Notes under the pieces: generated by a model | Told to the model about the DNA's origin: nothing | Databases searched by the model: none | Seen by the model: the letters and a program-made list of their open reading frames with translations, nothing else | Origin: a virus | Virus record (IMG/VR): IMGVR_UViG_3300045971_000528 | Span: 32,001-96,000 of that record | Length of the DNA stretch: 64,000 nucleotides | Reading direction: 5' to 3' (one strand) | Position numbers and translations under genes: made by a program | Part shown: one piece after another, positions 30,095 through 39,354 of the stretch | Layout: each line of letters opens with the position of its first letter | Numbering within the stretch: the stretch's first letter is position 1

Positions 30095-30136
30095 GAGGTT
30101 CTCCTGTGAGAGGAGAGGGGCCGAAGCCCCTCGTGA

Positions 30137-31186
30137 TCAGGCGCTCTTGCCTTCCTTGAAGTGCTTGCCGACGGACGGCCAGTACAACAGGTTGGTGCCG
30201 GCGACGACCTTGCGGTTCGTGCTGGTGGACTGGATGAACACGTCCCATTCGCCGAGGTTGTCAGGCGACAGCTTGGCGTCGACGCTGGGCAGACCCACCA
30301 TCTGGCGAGCAGCCGGGCCGGCGAAGACTTCGCCCGTCTTCTGGTTGCGGACGGCGATCAGCTTGTAGCCCTGCACCTTCAGTTCGCTCTTGGTGAGCTG
30401 GTAGAAGGCGGCGCCCTTCAGCATCTTCGTGCCCAGGCGGGCTTCGACGAAGTCACGGATCTGCTGTTCGTGTTCGGCAGGGCCGACAGGCAGGAGCTGC
30501 ACTTCGGCGCCGACGTTGACCAGCGCGGCCTTGACGTCTTCGATGTTGACCTCGGCCATGTTGGCGTAGAAGCGCTTCGTCGACTTCATGCCCTTCGAGC
30601 GACCAGTCATGTAGTCGGTGAAGGCGGCAGTGGCTTGCGCTTGCGCGACTTCGACACCACGCTGGGTCTGCTCCCAGGCCAGGATGTTGCCTTCGTGGAC
30701 GCCCAGGCGGATGAGATTCTTGACCTCGGTGGCCGGCACGCGGAAGGTGAAGGTCCAGCGGTCAGATGCGATCAGCTCTTCCATCTTGGCGATGGCGCGG
30801 CCGGAACTCCAGCGACGGCTGTGTTCGTCGCGACCGTCGGTCGTCAGCGAAACCAGGAAGGCGGCATCGGGCTCGTTGGCGCCGGGTTGGCTCAGCAGGT
30901 TGTCGATGGCGTCGCCGACTGCATCCCACAGGGGCGTGCCGCCATTGGTGGAGTAGGACGAAACGGGGGTGAGGGCTTGAACGGGCTGGCCGTCTACCAC
31001 GACGCGTACGTCGGTGGTGTGACCGTAGCCGAGCTCCAGGACTGAGACGATCGTCTCTTGACCGGAGGCAGCCGTTGCGGCTGCGATGGAAGCAATGAGA
31101 CCGTTGTAGTCGTTCATTGCTGGGCGAGCGATCCGGGTCATGGAGCCGGAGTGGTCGCGGATGAGGGCCATGAAACTCTTGGACAT
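30137..31186 (-). CDS. von Willebrand factor A domain protein
   Basis: MIDAS DHSGS, GGTPLWDAVG, TTDG; TATAAATAG upstream. Confidence 0.85.
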   Translation of the reverse strand: MSKSFMALIRDHSGSMTRIARPAMNDYNGLIASIAAATAASGQETIVSVLELGYGHTTDVRVVVDGQPVQALTPVSSYSTNGGTPLWDAVGDAIDNLLSQPGANEPDAAFLVSLTTDGRDEHSRRWSSGRAIAKMEELIASDRWTFTFRVPATEVKNLIRLGVHEGNILAWEQTQRGVEVAQAQATAAFTDYMTGRSKGMKSTKRFYANMAEVNIEDVKAALVNVGAEVQLLPVGPAEHEQQIRDFVEARLGTKMLKGAAFYQLTKSELKVQGYKLIAVRNQKTGEVFAGPAARQMVGLPSVDAKLSPDNLGEWDVFIQSTSTNRKVVAGTNLLYWPSVGKHFKEGKSA

Positions 31187-31322
31187 GTTTGCAAATTCCT
31201 TCAAAGACAAAGTTGATGTTGGGAACAAAGTTTGCCGTCTTCCGACGGCGTTCTATTTATACCAATCCACTCTGGTATTGTATCACACCATCAACCTGAC
31301 GTGTCAGGCTGATTGTAACGTG

Positions 31323-32111
31323 TTACTTGATGGAGCAGACCTTGGCAGCTTGGGCCATGGTAGGCCACATAGGACCTGTCAGCTTGGCACCCTTTGGCAG
31401 CGGAATGATGATCCCCGTCTGCTTCTGCACCTCAGCAATGCTAGACCTGAAGGTTTGTGGCGTGGCCTTGGAGGCTGCATGCGGGTAGATGAAGACCAAT
31501 ACCTCGAGGGTCTTCTGATCAACCAGCACCTTGTAGAAGGCTGTGGGAACTACCACCGCATTCTTACCAATCGTGGTAGCACCCTTCAGGTCGTAGATGG
31601 GACCGACGTAGACAAGGATGTCATCGCCACGGCCAGCTGCCCATGCACGTGAGCGGACCTCAAGAGACTTCCATGCGGCACGATTCAGGCCTGGGAGTTG
31701 GGGTGCCGCGTTCGACAGGACGTTGCTCTCGAGGGAGAGTTGGTCTGTGGACCGCATGTCAGCGCTGTTGGCCATGTGGCCAATGTCGTAGCCTGACTTG
31801 GCGTAGTCCTTGGTCTCAGCGCGCTTCCCAGCCGGGACAGACGGCTCGGGCTTGAAGCCAGCAGCGCGATCATCGCATCCAGTGGCTGAAGCAGGAGTCA
31901 GGGTGTAGGCGACCCATGCCGGGATCTTGGCCTTGTTGTCATGCGCAAGCGCGTAACCTTCACGACAGATAGGCGTGATGTCAGACTTGGAGACTTTGGG
32001 CTGACCGTAGGGGAGGTGAGCCTTGCAAGCATCCATTGGCATGGATGGCCGAATGCCGGCAGCTGAGGCGGTCAGTGAAACGGCAAGAAGCAGGAGGGGC
32101 AGCAAGCGCAT
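31323..32111 (-). CDS. secreted DNA/RNA non-specific endonuclease (NucA/EndA-like)
   Basis: Signal peptide; GYDIGHMA, N..PQ...LN...W..LE, VPTAFYKV. Confidence 0.9.
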   Translation of the reverse strand: MRLLPLLLLAVSLTASAAGIRPSMPMDACKAHLPYGQPKVSKSDITPICREGYALAHDNKAKIPAWVAYTLTPASATGCDDRAAGFKPEPSVPAGKRAETKDYAKSGYDIGHMANSADMRSTDQLSLESNVLSNAAPQLPGLNRAAWKSLEVRSRAWAAGRGDDILVYVGPIYDLKGATTIGKNAVVVPTAFYKVLVDQKTLEVLVFIYPHAASKATPQTFRSSIAEVQKQTGIIIPLPKGAKLTGPMWPTMAQAAKVCSIK

Positions 32112-32181
32112 GAGGATCCTTGTGGTGTGGGATATTTACAGGCGCTGGGCTCAGTACAATTCAAGATTGCCAGGATACGTG

Positions 32182-32311
32182 CGTGAACAAAAGATAGAAA
32201 TCGGGGATGACATGGGAATCGAACCCTCTCCTCCGTCCGTCAGGACGGTGTGCAGCCTCTACACCACAGTCGCTATGATGGCAGCGATAACCAATTTCAA
32301 GTCGGTTCACG
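32182..32311 (-). ncRNA. Y RNA-like paralog with an embedded tRNA-like domain
   Basis: CGTGAAC-C-GA / TTTTGTTCACG stem, GGTTATC motif, internal D/T-arm module. Confidence 0.65.
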
Positions 32312-32313
32312 AC

Positions 32314-32467
32314 TTTCTAAATCAACTGGAGTGGAGACTGCTCTTGCTGCAGGCTTGGCCGTCTCGCTAAAGCGCCCTGACCTTACGGTCATTATGCGTC
32401 TTCCAACGACCGATCGCTGCTCGCGAGCTTAGAAGGGTACAGATGAAGGTGCCAGTTGATTGAGAAA
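32314..32467 (-). ncRNA. structured RNA of unknown class
   Basis: Terminal stem TTTCTCAATCAACTGG / CCAGTTGATTTAGAAA with internal hairpins; no convincing ORF. Confidence 0.45.
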
Positions 32468-32476
32468 AGCGTGTGA

Positions 32477-32539
32477 AGACAGCAAAGGGTTTTTGGAACG
32501 GAGGTCGGATGGATGATAACCGTCCCAGATCGGCTGTCT
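32477..32539 (-). ncRNA. Y RNA-like paralog (minimal)
   Basis: AGACAGC-C-GA / TTTGCTGTCT stem, GGTTATC; directly after TG-A-TAGAAT -10 (32549-32554). Confidence 0.65.
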
Positions 32540-32554
32540 ACAAGATCTATTCTA

Positions 32555-32797
32555 TCACTCTTCCGAGCGATTTGCTGCGGCAATCAGGTCAGCCGCAAAA
32601 GAAGGGTCGCGCTTGCTGATGCTGTTGGCATAGGCGATGACGTCTTGCGCAGTCTCAGCCTTGTCGAGCGGCTTCACTTCACGGAACTGCTCCGAGATGA
32701 AGTCAATGCCACCATCGATTGCATCGATGATCTTGGTGAAGGCGTTAGCCGCCCAGACGGCGCCACGCGGTGCCTTGAACATTTCTTCGTGTTCCAT
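32555..32797 (-). CDS. hypothetical protein
   Basis: 80-aa ORF with RBS. Confidence 0.6.
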   Translation of the reverse strand: MEHEEMFKAPRGAVWAANAFTKIIDAIDGGIDFISEQFREVKPLDKAETAQDVIAYANSISKRDPSFAADLIAAANRSEE

Positions 32798-32799
32798 GA

Positions 32800-33036
32800 T
32801 CAGTCCTTCTTCAGAATGAAGGCGTACATCTCGACTGCCTTTGCAGTGAGTTCGTCGATGCCATACATCTTTGGCACGAGCTTTGACATCTCGTCGACAG
32901 TGGCCTTGTTGGCGTTGATCAGGGCTTGCATCATCGTCGTTGCGAAGTCGCAGTTACGGTGAAATTGGGCATCCAGTTGTTCTTTCGCCATCTGAAGAAT
33001 TTCGAGGCGAATTTCGTACGGGGTCTTTGAAGACAT
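32800..33036 (-). CDS. conserved small phage protein
   Basis: KTPYEIRLEIL.MAK motif; AAGGA RBS. Confidence 0.7.
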   Translation of the reverse strand: MSSKTPYEIRLEILQMAKEQLDAQFHRNCDFATTMMQALINANKATVDEMSKLVPKMYGIDELTAKAVEMYAFILKKD

Positions 33037-33092
33037 TGCGTTTCCTTGCTGTGTCCGCGATTATACTGGCTCGCGGTGTGCCAGTGCAGGGT

Positions 33093-33818
33093 TCAATGAA
33101 CCCTTGTCTTGTGCTCGTCGATCAGCGTGACCAACCAGTCCGGTGGATTGGTAGTGTCATCGACCATGCCTGCTGGCAGGGTGATCTGATAGACCTCAGA
33201 GTTCTCACCCTGAACTCGTGCACGAAGCTTCATCATGGCGACCATCTGGTGGTGCTCTGATGAGAAGCGATCGATCTTCACGAGGCGCTCAATCTCGAGC
33301 ATCTTTCGGTAGTTGCCGTCCTTGGTCTCCTTGAACCCCGGACGACCGATGAAGACGAACAGTTCGTTCTCCTCATCTTGCTTCTCTTGGTCTGGAGTGC
33401 GGTTGATCTTCCAGCCGGCTAGCTTGAGTTTGACACCGAGCTTAGCATCAAGGTGCTTTGCAAGTTCGTTCAAATCGATCTTGTCCTGTAGCTTGCGGAT
33501 GGCAGGTGCATCCATCTTGGTCATTGCGACAACGATGCTAGTGAGGAGCTGATTCAGAACTTGCCCGTACTCGTAGCGTGTGGAGTGATCTACGCTTTTG
33601 TTGTTTTGCACGTCGATCAGCGGCTTGATGTACGTCAGCAGAACCTCGGGAGAATCGACCGAGTGCTTGTCATACGCCTTGTTCAGAATGCTAGCGAGCA
33701 TCTCCTCATCTTCACCCATGGTGCGAAGCACGCGAAGGGTGATGGCAAACTGGTTCCCGTGCCAGATCTTGGTCAAGGGACTGAAGTCAGAGGATTCGAG
33801 GAGTTGAGCTACACGCAT
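33093..33818 (-). CDS. leader-bearing hypothetical protein (late)
   Basis: MRVAQLLES start right after TAAATA. Confidence 0.7.
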   Translation of the reverse strand: MRVAQLLESSDFSPLTKIWHGNQFAITLRVLRTMGEDEEMLASILNKAYDKHSVDSPEVLLTYIKPLIDVQNNKSVDHSTRYEYGQVLNQLLTSIVVAMTKMDAPAIRKLQDKIDLNELAKHLDAKLGVKLKLAGWKINRTPDQEKQDEENELFVFIGRPGFKETKDGNYRKMLEIERLVKIDRFSSEHHQMVAMMKLRARVQGENSEVYQITLPAGMVDDTTNPPDWLVTLIDEHKTRVH

Positions 33819-33828
33819 GCGATATTTA

Positions 33829-33920
33829 TGGAGGAGACGGCGGGATTCGAACCCGCGGATCCTGTGAGGGACCTCAACCTTTCCAGGGTTGTGCAATCAG
33901 CCGGGCTCTGCCACGTCTCC
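33829..33920 (-). tRNA. tRNA-Ser(GGA)
   Basis: CAACC-CTGGAAA-GGTTG; long variable arm; CCA. Confidence 0.9.
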
Positions 33921-33980
33921 AGATTGCTGGGATCGCTTTCACGATCCCGTAACTCTTCGTACACTTGGTACGTGAGCTAT

Positions 33981-34214
33981 TTACTTGGCGGCGGAAGCTG
34001 CCTTTGCCGGTACACGTGGGACCACGGTACTTGGGTGAACGTTCTTCAGATGCAGTGCCTTGGCAGCACTGCGTTCACGCTGATACTTCTTGACAGCAGC
34101 CTTGTTCTTGGCTGCTTGGGAAGCTGCAGTAGTTGGTGCTGAAGCTGCAGGTGCTGCCGCTTGAGCGACGAGTGAAGTGGCCAAAAGGGAGGCCAGCAAA
34201 AATGACTTGATCAT
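33981..34214 (-). CDS. small secreted Ala-rich protein
   Basis: Signal peptide; AAS repeats. Confidence 0.6.
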   Translation of the reverse strand: MIKSFLLASLLATSLVAQAAAPAASAPTTAASQAAKNKAAVKKYQRERSAAKALHLKNVHPSTVVPRVPAKAASAAK

Positions 34215-34489
34215 GGAAGATTCCTATTGTTTGGTTGGCAGAGGTGTCTCGCCGCCACCGGCGCGAGTATTTCTACGTTCAACGGCAACCTGCACATCGG
34301 TCTTGCGGCGATTTCCGACCGCGGCGGTGCGTGGAAATCCGTTGAAGGTTCGGTAAGATGTAAAGCTGACACCACAGAGAAGCGCGAGAATCGTCAAATC
34401 TGCTGGTTTCATCTGTTATCTCCATCCATATGCGTATACCTGCCGGTGATATGGTATTTAGCAGGTTCTGCGCATGAAGCACCGTTTGT

Positions 34490-34928
34490 ATTCAAAGTCC
34501 TATAGCCGGGGTTCTGTCTAGACCTGTCATTCATCTACGGCTTTCACCGTCCTCGTGGGGTTTCAATCCCAGTCATAGGTGCAACAACCCGTTCCCTCGG
34601 CGAGCAGCGTCAGCGAGAACTGTTTGTCTTGCTCCAGAATCGTTGTGGTGCAAACGGGGCTAGCCGTGTTTCCTTACTGCAAGTCCGTCATTCACGAGAG
34701 TAAACACAGAACATCTCATGACACTTTGGCGAAACAAACAGCCTCGCGCTTTGAAGCGAGTCCCCTCCCACAGAGCGATCATCCTTGCTCTTCGGAGCCC
34801 CGAACTTCCTCTAGACGGTTAGGTTTGTACCACACGGACTGGTTTCATCGACTTGATAGTCTCCACCAGAGGCTCAGCACAATTATCGTTGTCACCTAAT
34901 TCGTCCAGCGACAGGTCGGACTTTGAAT
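34490..34928 (-). ncRNA. rnpB: RNase P RNA (bacterial type)
   Basis: P1 ATTCAAAGTCC/GGACTTTGAAT, P2 GACCTGTC/GACAGGTC, GAGGAAGTTCGGGGCTCC, GGAGCAAG, TAGATGAATGAC, ACAGAACCCCGGCTAT. Confidence 0.9.
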
Positions 34929-35082
34929 TCTTGTCCAATGGATCAAGTGAATGTCGAAGCATCCGATCACGAATGACCTTGATCTTCGAACTCCCCTTGT
35001 CGCAGTACCAGCAGCTACAATAGATCTTGTGCTTCTGCCGGTTCATCTTGATTCCGCGATCACGGTTCTTTCGATCACTCAT
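34819..35082 (-). CDS. small basic CSCWYC protein overlapping the RNase P RNA 5' part
   Basis: 87-aa ORF with AGGA RBS. Confidence 0.45.
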   Translation of the reverse strand: MSDRKNRDRGIKMNRQKHKIYCSCWYCDKGSSKIKVIRDRMLRHSLDPLDKNSKSDLSLDELGDNDNCAEPLVETIKSMKPVRVVQT

Positions 35083-35092
35083 TGAAGTATCC

Positions 35093-35186
35093 TGGCGGTG
35101 ATGGTGGGATTCGAACCCACGGGCCGTCTTGCGACGACCTCTTCCTTAGCAGGGAAGCCCGATAAGCCTGGCTCTGGCACATCACC
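35093..35186 (-). tRNA. tRNA-Ser(GCT)
   Basis: CTTCC-CTGCTAA-GGAAG; CCA. Confidence 0.9.
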
Positions 35187-35191
35187 TTTGT

Positions 35192-35416
35192 TTACTGTCG
35201 CGATAGGTGCGACTTGATCGCTGCGCGCATCTTCGGCAGAGAGTCTGCCAAAATGGGCTTGTCATTCAGCCGAATGTAGTAGTGCCCAGGCTCTCCTGGG
35301 ACATTCCTGAATCGAATCGTGCCAATGACCTTGTCACCACAACGAGCCTCATAAGTTCCTTCCTCTCGGTCGAGAACTTTGAGCACGATCTTGTCGGTGA
35401 TTTCGAGTAGTATCAT
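35192..35416 (-). CDS. leader-bearing small protein
   Basis: MILLEITD after TAAATAG (35421-35427). Confidence 0.65.
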   Translation of the reverse strand: MILLEITDKIVLKVLDREEGTYEARCGDKVIGTIRFRNVPGEPGHYYIRLNDKPILADSLPKMRAAIKSHLSRQ

Positions 35417-35429
35417 GCAGCTATTTATG

Positions 35430-35514
35430 TGGTCCCCTCGGCGAGACTCGAACTCGCACGCCTTTCAGCACCGGATTTTGAATCCAGCGCGTCTACCAAT
35501 TCCGCCACGAGGGG
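35430..35514 (-). tRNA. tRNA-Leu(CAA)
   Basis: CTGGA-TTCAAAA-TCCGG; CCA. Confidence 0.9.
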
Positions 35515-35718
35515 TTAGTTCTTGCAGGTGGGTGTCATGCCTTGAGCATCCACCCACTTCGTTAGGTTGCCGGCACGATCCTTGATCCACTTCTCACCGC
35601 TGATGCAGACGACTGAAGCGTTCGCATCGCGCTTGACCTTTGCTGTGGACATTGCGATGATCAACACCGAGATGGGCACGATAGCTGCGATCACGGCGAT
35701 TAGAAGGGTCTTGTTCAT
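35515..35718 (-). CDS. small membrane-anchored protein
   Basis: N-terminal hydrophobic helix. Confidence 0.55.
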   Translation of the reverse strand: MNKTLLIAVIAAIVPISVLIIAMSTAKVKRDANASVVCISGEKWIKDRAGNLTKWVDAQGMTPTCKN

Positions 35719-35730
35719 ACCTTGCCTTGT

Positions 35731-35822
35731 TGGAGGAGATGGTGGGATTCGAACCCACGGCCAGGTTTCCCCAGCTCCGCATTTCGAGTGCGGTGCAATA
35801 AGCCAGACTCTACCACATCTCC
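35731..35822 (-). tRNA. tRNA-Ser(CGA)
   Basis: CCGCA-CTCGAAA-TGCGG; CCA. Confidence 0.9.
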
Positions 35823-36250
35823 ATTGTTTCTCTGAGCCCTTGACGAATGTCCATCACGAGCTTTCCTAGTTTGTTCTCTCCGATCCCGTTGCAGACTCCC
35901 CAGTAGATGTCTCCCCAGGTGTTCGTCTCTTCGAGATACATGTCGCCCGTGTTGAGCAACCAGATCTGTTCTTTGCCGTCCGCGTACTTTTGGAAGTTCA
36001 CGTCAGCCATAACGTCATCACGAATTCCTTCGTACCAACCCGGTCGAATGACGACCTCTTGACCAAGGCGGCGTGCATCACGTGGCTTCTCAGCGGCTTG
36101 GATGACTCGACGATGGTCGAGGTTCAGGGTCTTCGCTGCTTGATACGCGTGTTCAGTCGTGCGGTAGATCTCACCGTCATACACCACCTTCTTGAAGTGG
36201 AAGTTGGAGAGGAACCGAAATGGACCGAAGAAACCGCGGATTGCTTGCAT
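35810..36250 (-). CDS. NADAR (YbiA-like) family protein
   Basis: FLSNF, TEHAYQAAK, LLNTGD, WGDIYWG, GENKLG motifs. Confidence 0.9.
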   Translation of the reverse strand: MQAIRGFFGPFRFLSNFHFKKVVYDGEIYRTTEHAYQAAKTLNLDHRRVIQAAEKPRDARRLGQEVVIRPGWYEGIRDDVMADVNFQKYADGKEQIWLLNTGDMYLEETNTWGDIYWGVCNGIGENKLGKLVMDIRQGLRETMEMW

Positions 36251-36253
36251 AAT

Positions 36254-36329
36254 TGGCTCCACCTCCTGGGCTCGAACCAGGGACCCACTGATTAACAGTC
36301 AGTTGCTCTACCAGCTGAGCTAAGGCGGA
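36254..36329 (-). tRNA. tRNA-Asn(GTT)
   Basis: ACTGA-CTGTTAA-TCAGT; CCA. Confidence 0.92.
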
Positions 36330-36473
36330 ATGGAATATTGGGGTGGTTGGTATTGTAGCTGCAGATTCGAACTGCTTGAAACCATTCTACACTAAGAGTC
36401 AGTCAGTGGCCACCAACTTTCTCTGATCGGCCGATCACCTGCCCCTCTTGCGAAGGGACCCACCCGTTTTCTG

Positions 36474-36560
36474 TGGTGCGCGGGGCGGGACTCGAACCCG
36501 CATGCCGGTTAAGGCGTCAGGACCTAAACCTGGTGCGTCTACCAATTTCGCCACCCGCGC
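36474..36560 (-). tRNA. tRNA-Leu(TAG)
   Basis: Loop TTTAGGT; CCA. Confidence 0.9.
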
Positions 36561-36566
36561 AGAAAC

Positions 36567-36703
36567 CTTGATCTGAACACCGACAAAAGGCGATGTCGGA
36601 GATTGCCCACCTTTACCAAAGGGCATGGACGAATCGAACGTCCTCGGTTCTATTTCCACAATTGAAGGTAACCAACAATCAAGCGGTCGGTCTTCAGATC
36701 AAG
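36567..36703 (-). ncRNA. Y RNA-like paralog with T-arm
   Basis: Long terminal stem, GGTTACC motif, GGACG-TTCGATT-CGTCC T arm, 3' ATCTCCGACATCGCCTTTTG. Confidence 0.65.
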
Positions 36704-36708
36704 ATTCA

Positions 36709-36783
36709 TGGTGCCCCAGGTAGGAATCGAACTCACGACCTACCGCTTACAAGGCGGTTGCTCTACCACTGAGCTACTAGGGC
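36709..36783 (-). tRNA. tRNA-Thr(TGT)
   Basis: ACCGC-CTTGTAA-GCGGT; CCA. Confidence 0.9.
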
Positions 36784-36793
36784 ATTCAAACTT

Positions 36794-36869
36794 TGGAGTG
36801 GCGAGCCAGAATCGAACTGAGCTTCTGAAGGGTTGCAGCCTTCCGGATGGACCAATCTCCCACCGCCAC
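36794..36869 (-). tRNA. tRNA-Cys(GCA)
   Basis: GAAGG-CTGCAAC-CCTTC; U73; CCA. Confidence 0.85.
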
Positions 36870-36885
36870 ATTATCTGTTATTGTA

Positions 36886-37173
36886 TCACACTGTCAGGAC
36901 TTCGTGTCCTTCAACAGTCAGGTTGTCCTCTTCTTCTGGAAGCGGATCCTTTGGAATCTTCTTGAGCCAGTCCTGAGGAACATGAACTGTCTCGCCAATA
37001 CCACCGTACTCGGAGATGAGATCACTGCCTTGGCTCTTCACAAGCCAGATGGTGCCATGTTCAGGGTGCCCGATGTAGTCGATCTGAACGCACTCGACGA
37101 TCTTGCCGGTGGAGTGTCCGTCCAAGCTCTTGATGACCACAGCGAGATCACCTGGTTCTAGTGAGTTCGACAT
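36886..37173 (-). CDS. hypothetical protein (SH3-like)
   Basis: LEPGDLAVVI..G..V pattern. Confidence 0.6.
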   Translation of the reverse strand: MSNSLEPGDLAVVIKSLDGHSTGKIVECVQIDYIGHPEHGTIWLVKSQGSDLISEYGGIGETVHVPQDWLKKIPKDPLPEEEDNLTVEGHEVLTV

Positions 37174-37403
37174 CAGACGCCTGTGCGAAGTTCAGTGATG
37201 TGAATCTGTTGGCCGGTGAGCTTCTCGCCGATCACTGTGGTGTCGAGAGCAACCTTGTTGATGAGGTGCGTACCTTCACCGAGCACACTGACGTCTGCAC
37301 CAAGTTCGCGCAGCGCGCGTGCGATCGCAACCAAGATGTAGCCCTTACGGGAATGATCTGGACCGCTGACTTGAATCTGAACCATCGCTGTCTCCTTGTG
37401 GTT

Positions 37404-37495
37404 TGGTAGGACCGCTCGGATTCGAACCGAGATCGTGCGCTAATCTGGCGCTCATGGCTTATAAGGCCACCGCTCTACCGTTGAGCTACAGTCCC
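37404..37495 (-). tRNA. tRNA-Ile(TAT) with long variable arm
   Basis: GTGGC-CTTATAA-GCCAT; variable arm GCGC-CAGATTA-GCGC; CCA. Confidence 0.8.
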
Positions 37496-37540
37496 TTGGA
37501 CTGTAGGTATTCGTGAAAAATCCATGTCAAAACTCCTTGA

Positions 37541-37614
37541 GGGTTGCGGGACCCTGAATCGAACAGTACTTCCGGGTTATGAGCCCAGTGTGCGGCCTCC
37601 ACACTCGTCCCGCG
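37541..37614 (-). tRNA. degenerate initiator-type tRNA-Met(CAT)
   Basis: CTGGG-CTCATAA-CCCGG, C1:A72 mismatch; weak D/T arms; ends ACCC. Confidence 0.55.
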
Positions 37615-37624
37615 ATTGATCTTT

Positions 37625-37710
37625 TGGTGCGCCGGGTGGGCCTCGAACCCACAATCCCGGAGGAAGCGGGGCTTAAACCCGCTGCGTATACCCACTTTCG
37701 CCACCGGCGC
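37625..37710 (-). tRNA. tRNA-Leu(TAA)
   Basis: GCGGG-TTTAAGC-CCCGC; CCA. Confidence 0.88.
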
Positions 37711-37715
37711 CTTGT

Positions 37716-38114
37716 TCAGGTCTTTGGTAAGCGGACTGTCTTGATGTGAGCTGCTGCAGCCATATCGAATGAAACGATGTGATCGTGCAGAATCTCTTCG
37801 AGACTCAGAATTGTTTTCTCATTCGACTTCGCCGGCGAAGTCGCAAGCATGTGCATCGCTTGGGCAAGCTCCTTATGGCGAGCTCGGTGAAGATCAAGAC
37901 CTGGGCAACCCATGCGCTCCATCAGCGTCTCTTCAACGATGAAGTGCCGGCAGAGCTCACCACAAAAATCAGCGAGCTCGATCTGAATGAGATTTTGCGG
38001 CACACAAGCAGTAATCATCGCTGCTATGTTCGTAGCCATGATGAGTAGGCTGAAGTGATCAGCGTCCATTTCGAGTACGCCTGTGGCATACTTGCTTGTC
38101 ACTTCGGTCATCAT
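37716..38114 (-). CDS. hemerythrin-like protein
   Basis: DxxH, HFxxEExLM, HxxxH, HIxxxD motifs. Confidence 0.8.
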   Translation of the reverse strand: MMTEVTSKYATGVLEMDADHFSLLIMATNIAAMITACVPQNLIQIELADFCGELCRHFIVEETLMERMGCPGLDLHRARHKELAQAMHMLATSPAKSNEKTILSLEEILHDHIVSFDMAAAAHIKTVRLPKT

Positions 38115-38144
38115 GGATTTACGCGAACGTCTCCGGTTTTATTT

Positions 38145-38219
38145 TGGTGCCCATGGAGAGAATCGGACTCTCGACCTCCCCCTTACCAAGGGGGTGCTCT
38201 GCCACTGAGCCACATGGGC
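38145..38219 (-). tRNA. tRNA-Thr(GGT)
   Basis: CCCCC-TTGGTAA-GGGGG; CCA. Confidence 0.9.
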
Positions 38220-38229
38220 GTTTTTCTAT

Positions 38230-38517
38230 TTAGGCATCCGGGGGTCTATTCAACCTATTTCTGCCGATGTGGTAGCCATCGCAGTGAATGCACTTGTAGT
38301 TGGAGAAGTAGCAGCTGTTCTTCTTGGTCATGGCTGCAGCAGACTTCTCAGCGGTGGCCTTGGTGTTGTACATCACCTTCGGCTTACCCGATCCCTGAGC
38401 AACGTGTGAATTGATGTGGAACAGCCCCCACGCATTGCGAGTGATGAAGAAGTTCCGAAAGAACCGAAGTGGCGGCCCTTGATCCAAGAGAGCCAACCAG
38501 AGGTTTCTCAGCTTCAT
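38230..38517 (-). CDS. hypothetical Zn-ribbon protein
   Basis: YKCIHCDGYHIG; AAGGA RBS. Confidence 0.65.
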   Translation of the reverse strand: MKLRNLWLALLDQGPPLRFFRNFFITRNAWGLFHINSHVAQGSGKPKVMYNTKATAEKSAAAMTKKNSCYFSNYKCIHCDGYHIGRNRLNRPPDA

Positions 38518-38535
38518 GATTGTTCCTTGATGTAG

Positions 38536-38610
38536 TGGTGGAGACCGCGAGAATCGAACTCGTCTAGACATCCTCGCTGCCAGCGAGAACCGCAACCCAT
38601 TGCTGCCCCC
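38536..38610 (-). tRNA. atypical tRNA-Ala(GGC), reduced D arm
   Basis: G3.U70 pair; loop CTGGCAG; CCA. Confidence 0.6.
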
Positions 38611-38751
38611 AAAATTCTGTGAGGAGCTTTGACTCCTCTCGCTAGCCCCTTCCCTAAGGCTTCTCCTCGAGACCGGCCGGGACGTCGAGGGTCTTATCGC
38701 TTCTCAGTTTAGCTAGACGCCTTTCGGCGGCACCCTTGCGGGATTCTTGTG

Positions 38752-39354
38752 TTAGCGCAATGAAAGGACGCCATCCTTGAAGTGGAAACCATCAGCCATA
38801 TTGGCTGGTTTACGCACGAGTTCTCGAAACGTGCGCTGCTCGCCAGAAACCGCAGCGATTCTTTGCTGTCCTGACGGATGGGTTCCAGATGCACCAGTGA
38901 CGCTAAGCAGCTTCGTGAGGCCGGGTAGGATATTCAAACCAGCGTCTCGAGCTATTGCGACGCCAAGAAGATCGGCATCGTACTCGCGGTTCCAGGTTTC
39001 TTGCTCATTCTTTGGTAGCACAGAGAGATCAAGTTGATGTGAGTGGCCCAATGCGCAGTGAGCAAGCTCGTGAGCAACCGCAGCAGTGAAGGCTTCACCA
39101 TCCATACCCTTGAGGAAGGTTGATGACACCTGGAGGCGGCAACCATCGGTGTACACAACAAACGGAAATCGCGGTGCTGACGAATCTTCCTTGATGGTGA
39201 GAGTTGCCGCGGGTACTCTTGGTGCGTAGTGCGCAAGATGCTCTACTACGGTGCGGGCTTCTTCTTGAGGCATCGCCTGTATGCACGGCACAGTGAAGGC
39301 AGACAAGAGGATGAGCAGCAATCGAGCTGCTCGGGGCTTGATTTGTCGGTCCAT
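38752..39354 (-). CDS. M48-family metallopeptidase
   Basis: Signal peptide; AHELAH, EYDAD, THP motifs. Confidence 0.8.
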   Translation of the reverse strand: MDRQIKPRAARLLLILLSAFTVPCIQAMPQEEARTVVEHLAHYAPRVPAATLTIKEDSSAPRFPFVVYTDGCRLQVSSTFLKGMDGEAFTAAVAHELAHCALGHSHQLDLSVLPKNEQETWNREYDADLLGVAIARDAGLNILPGLTKLLSVTGASGTHPSGQQRIAAVSGEQRTFRELVRKPANMADGFHFKDGVLSLR

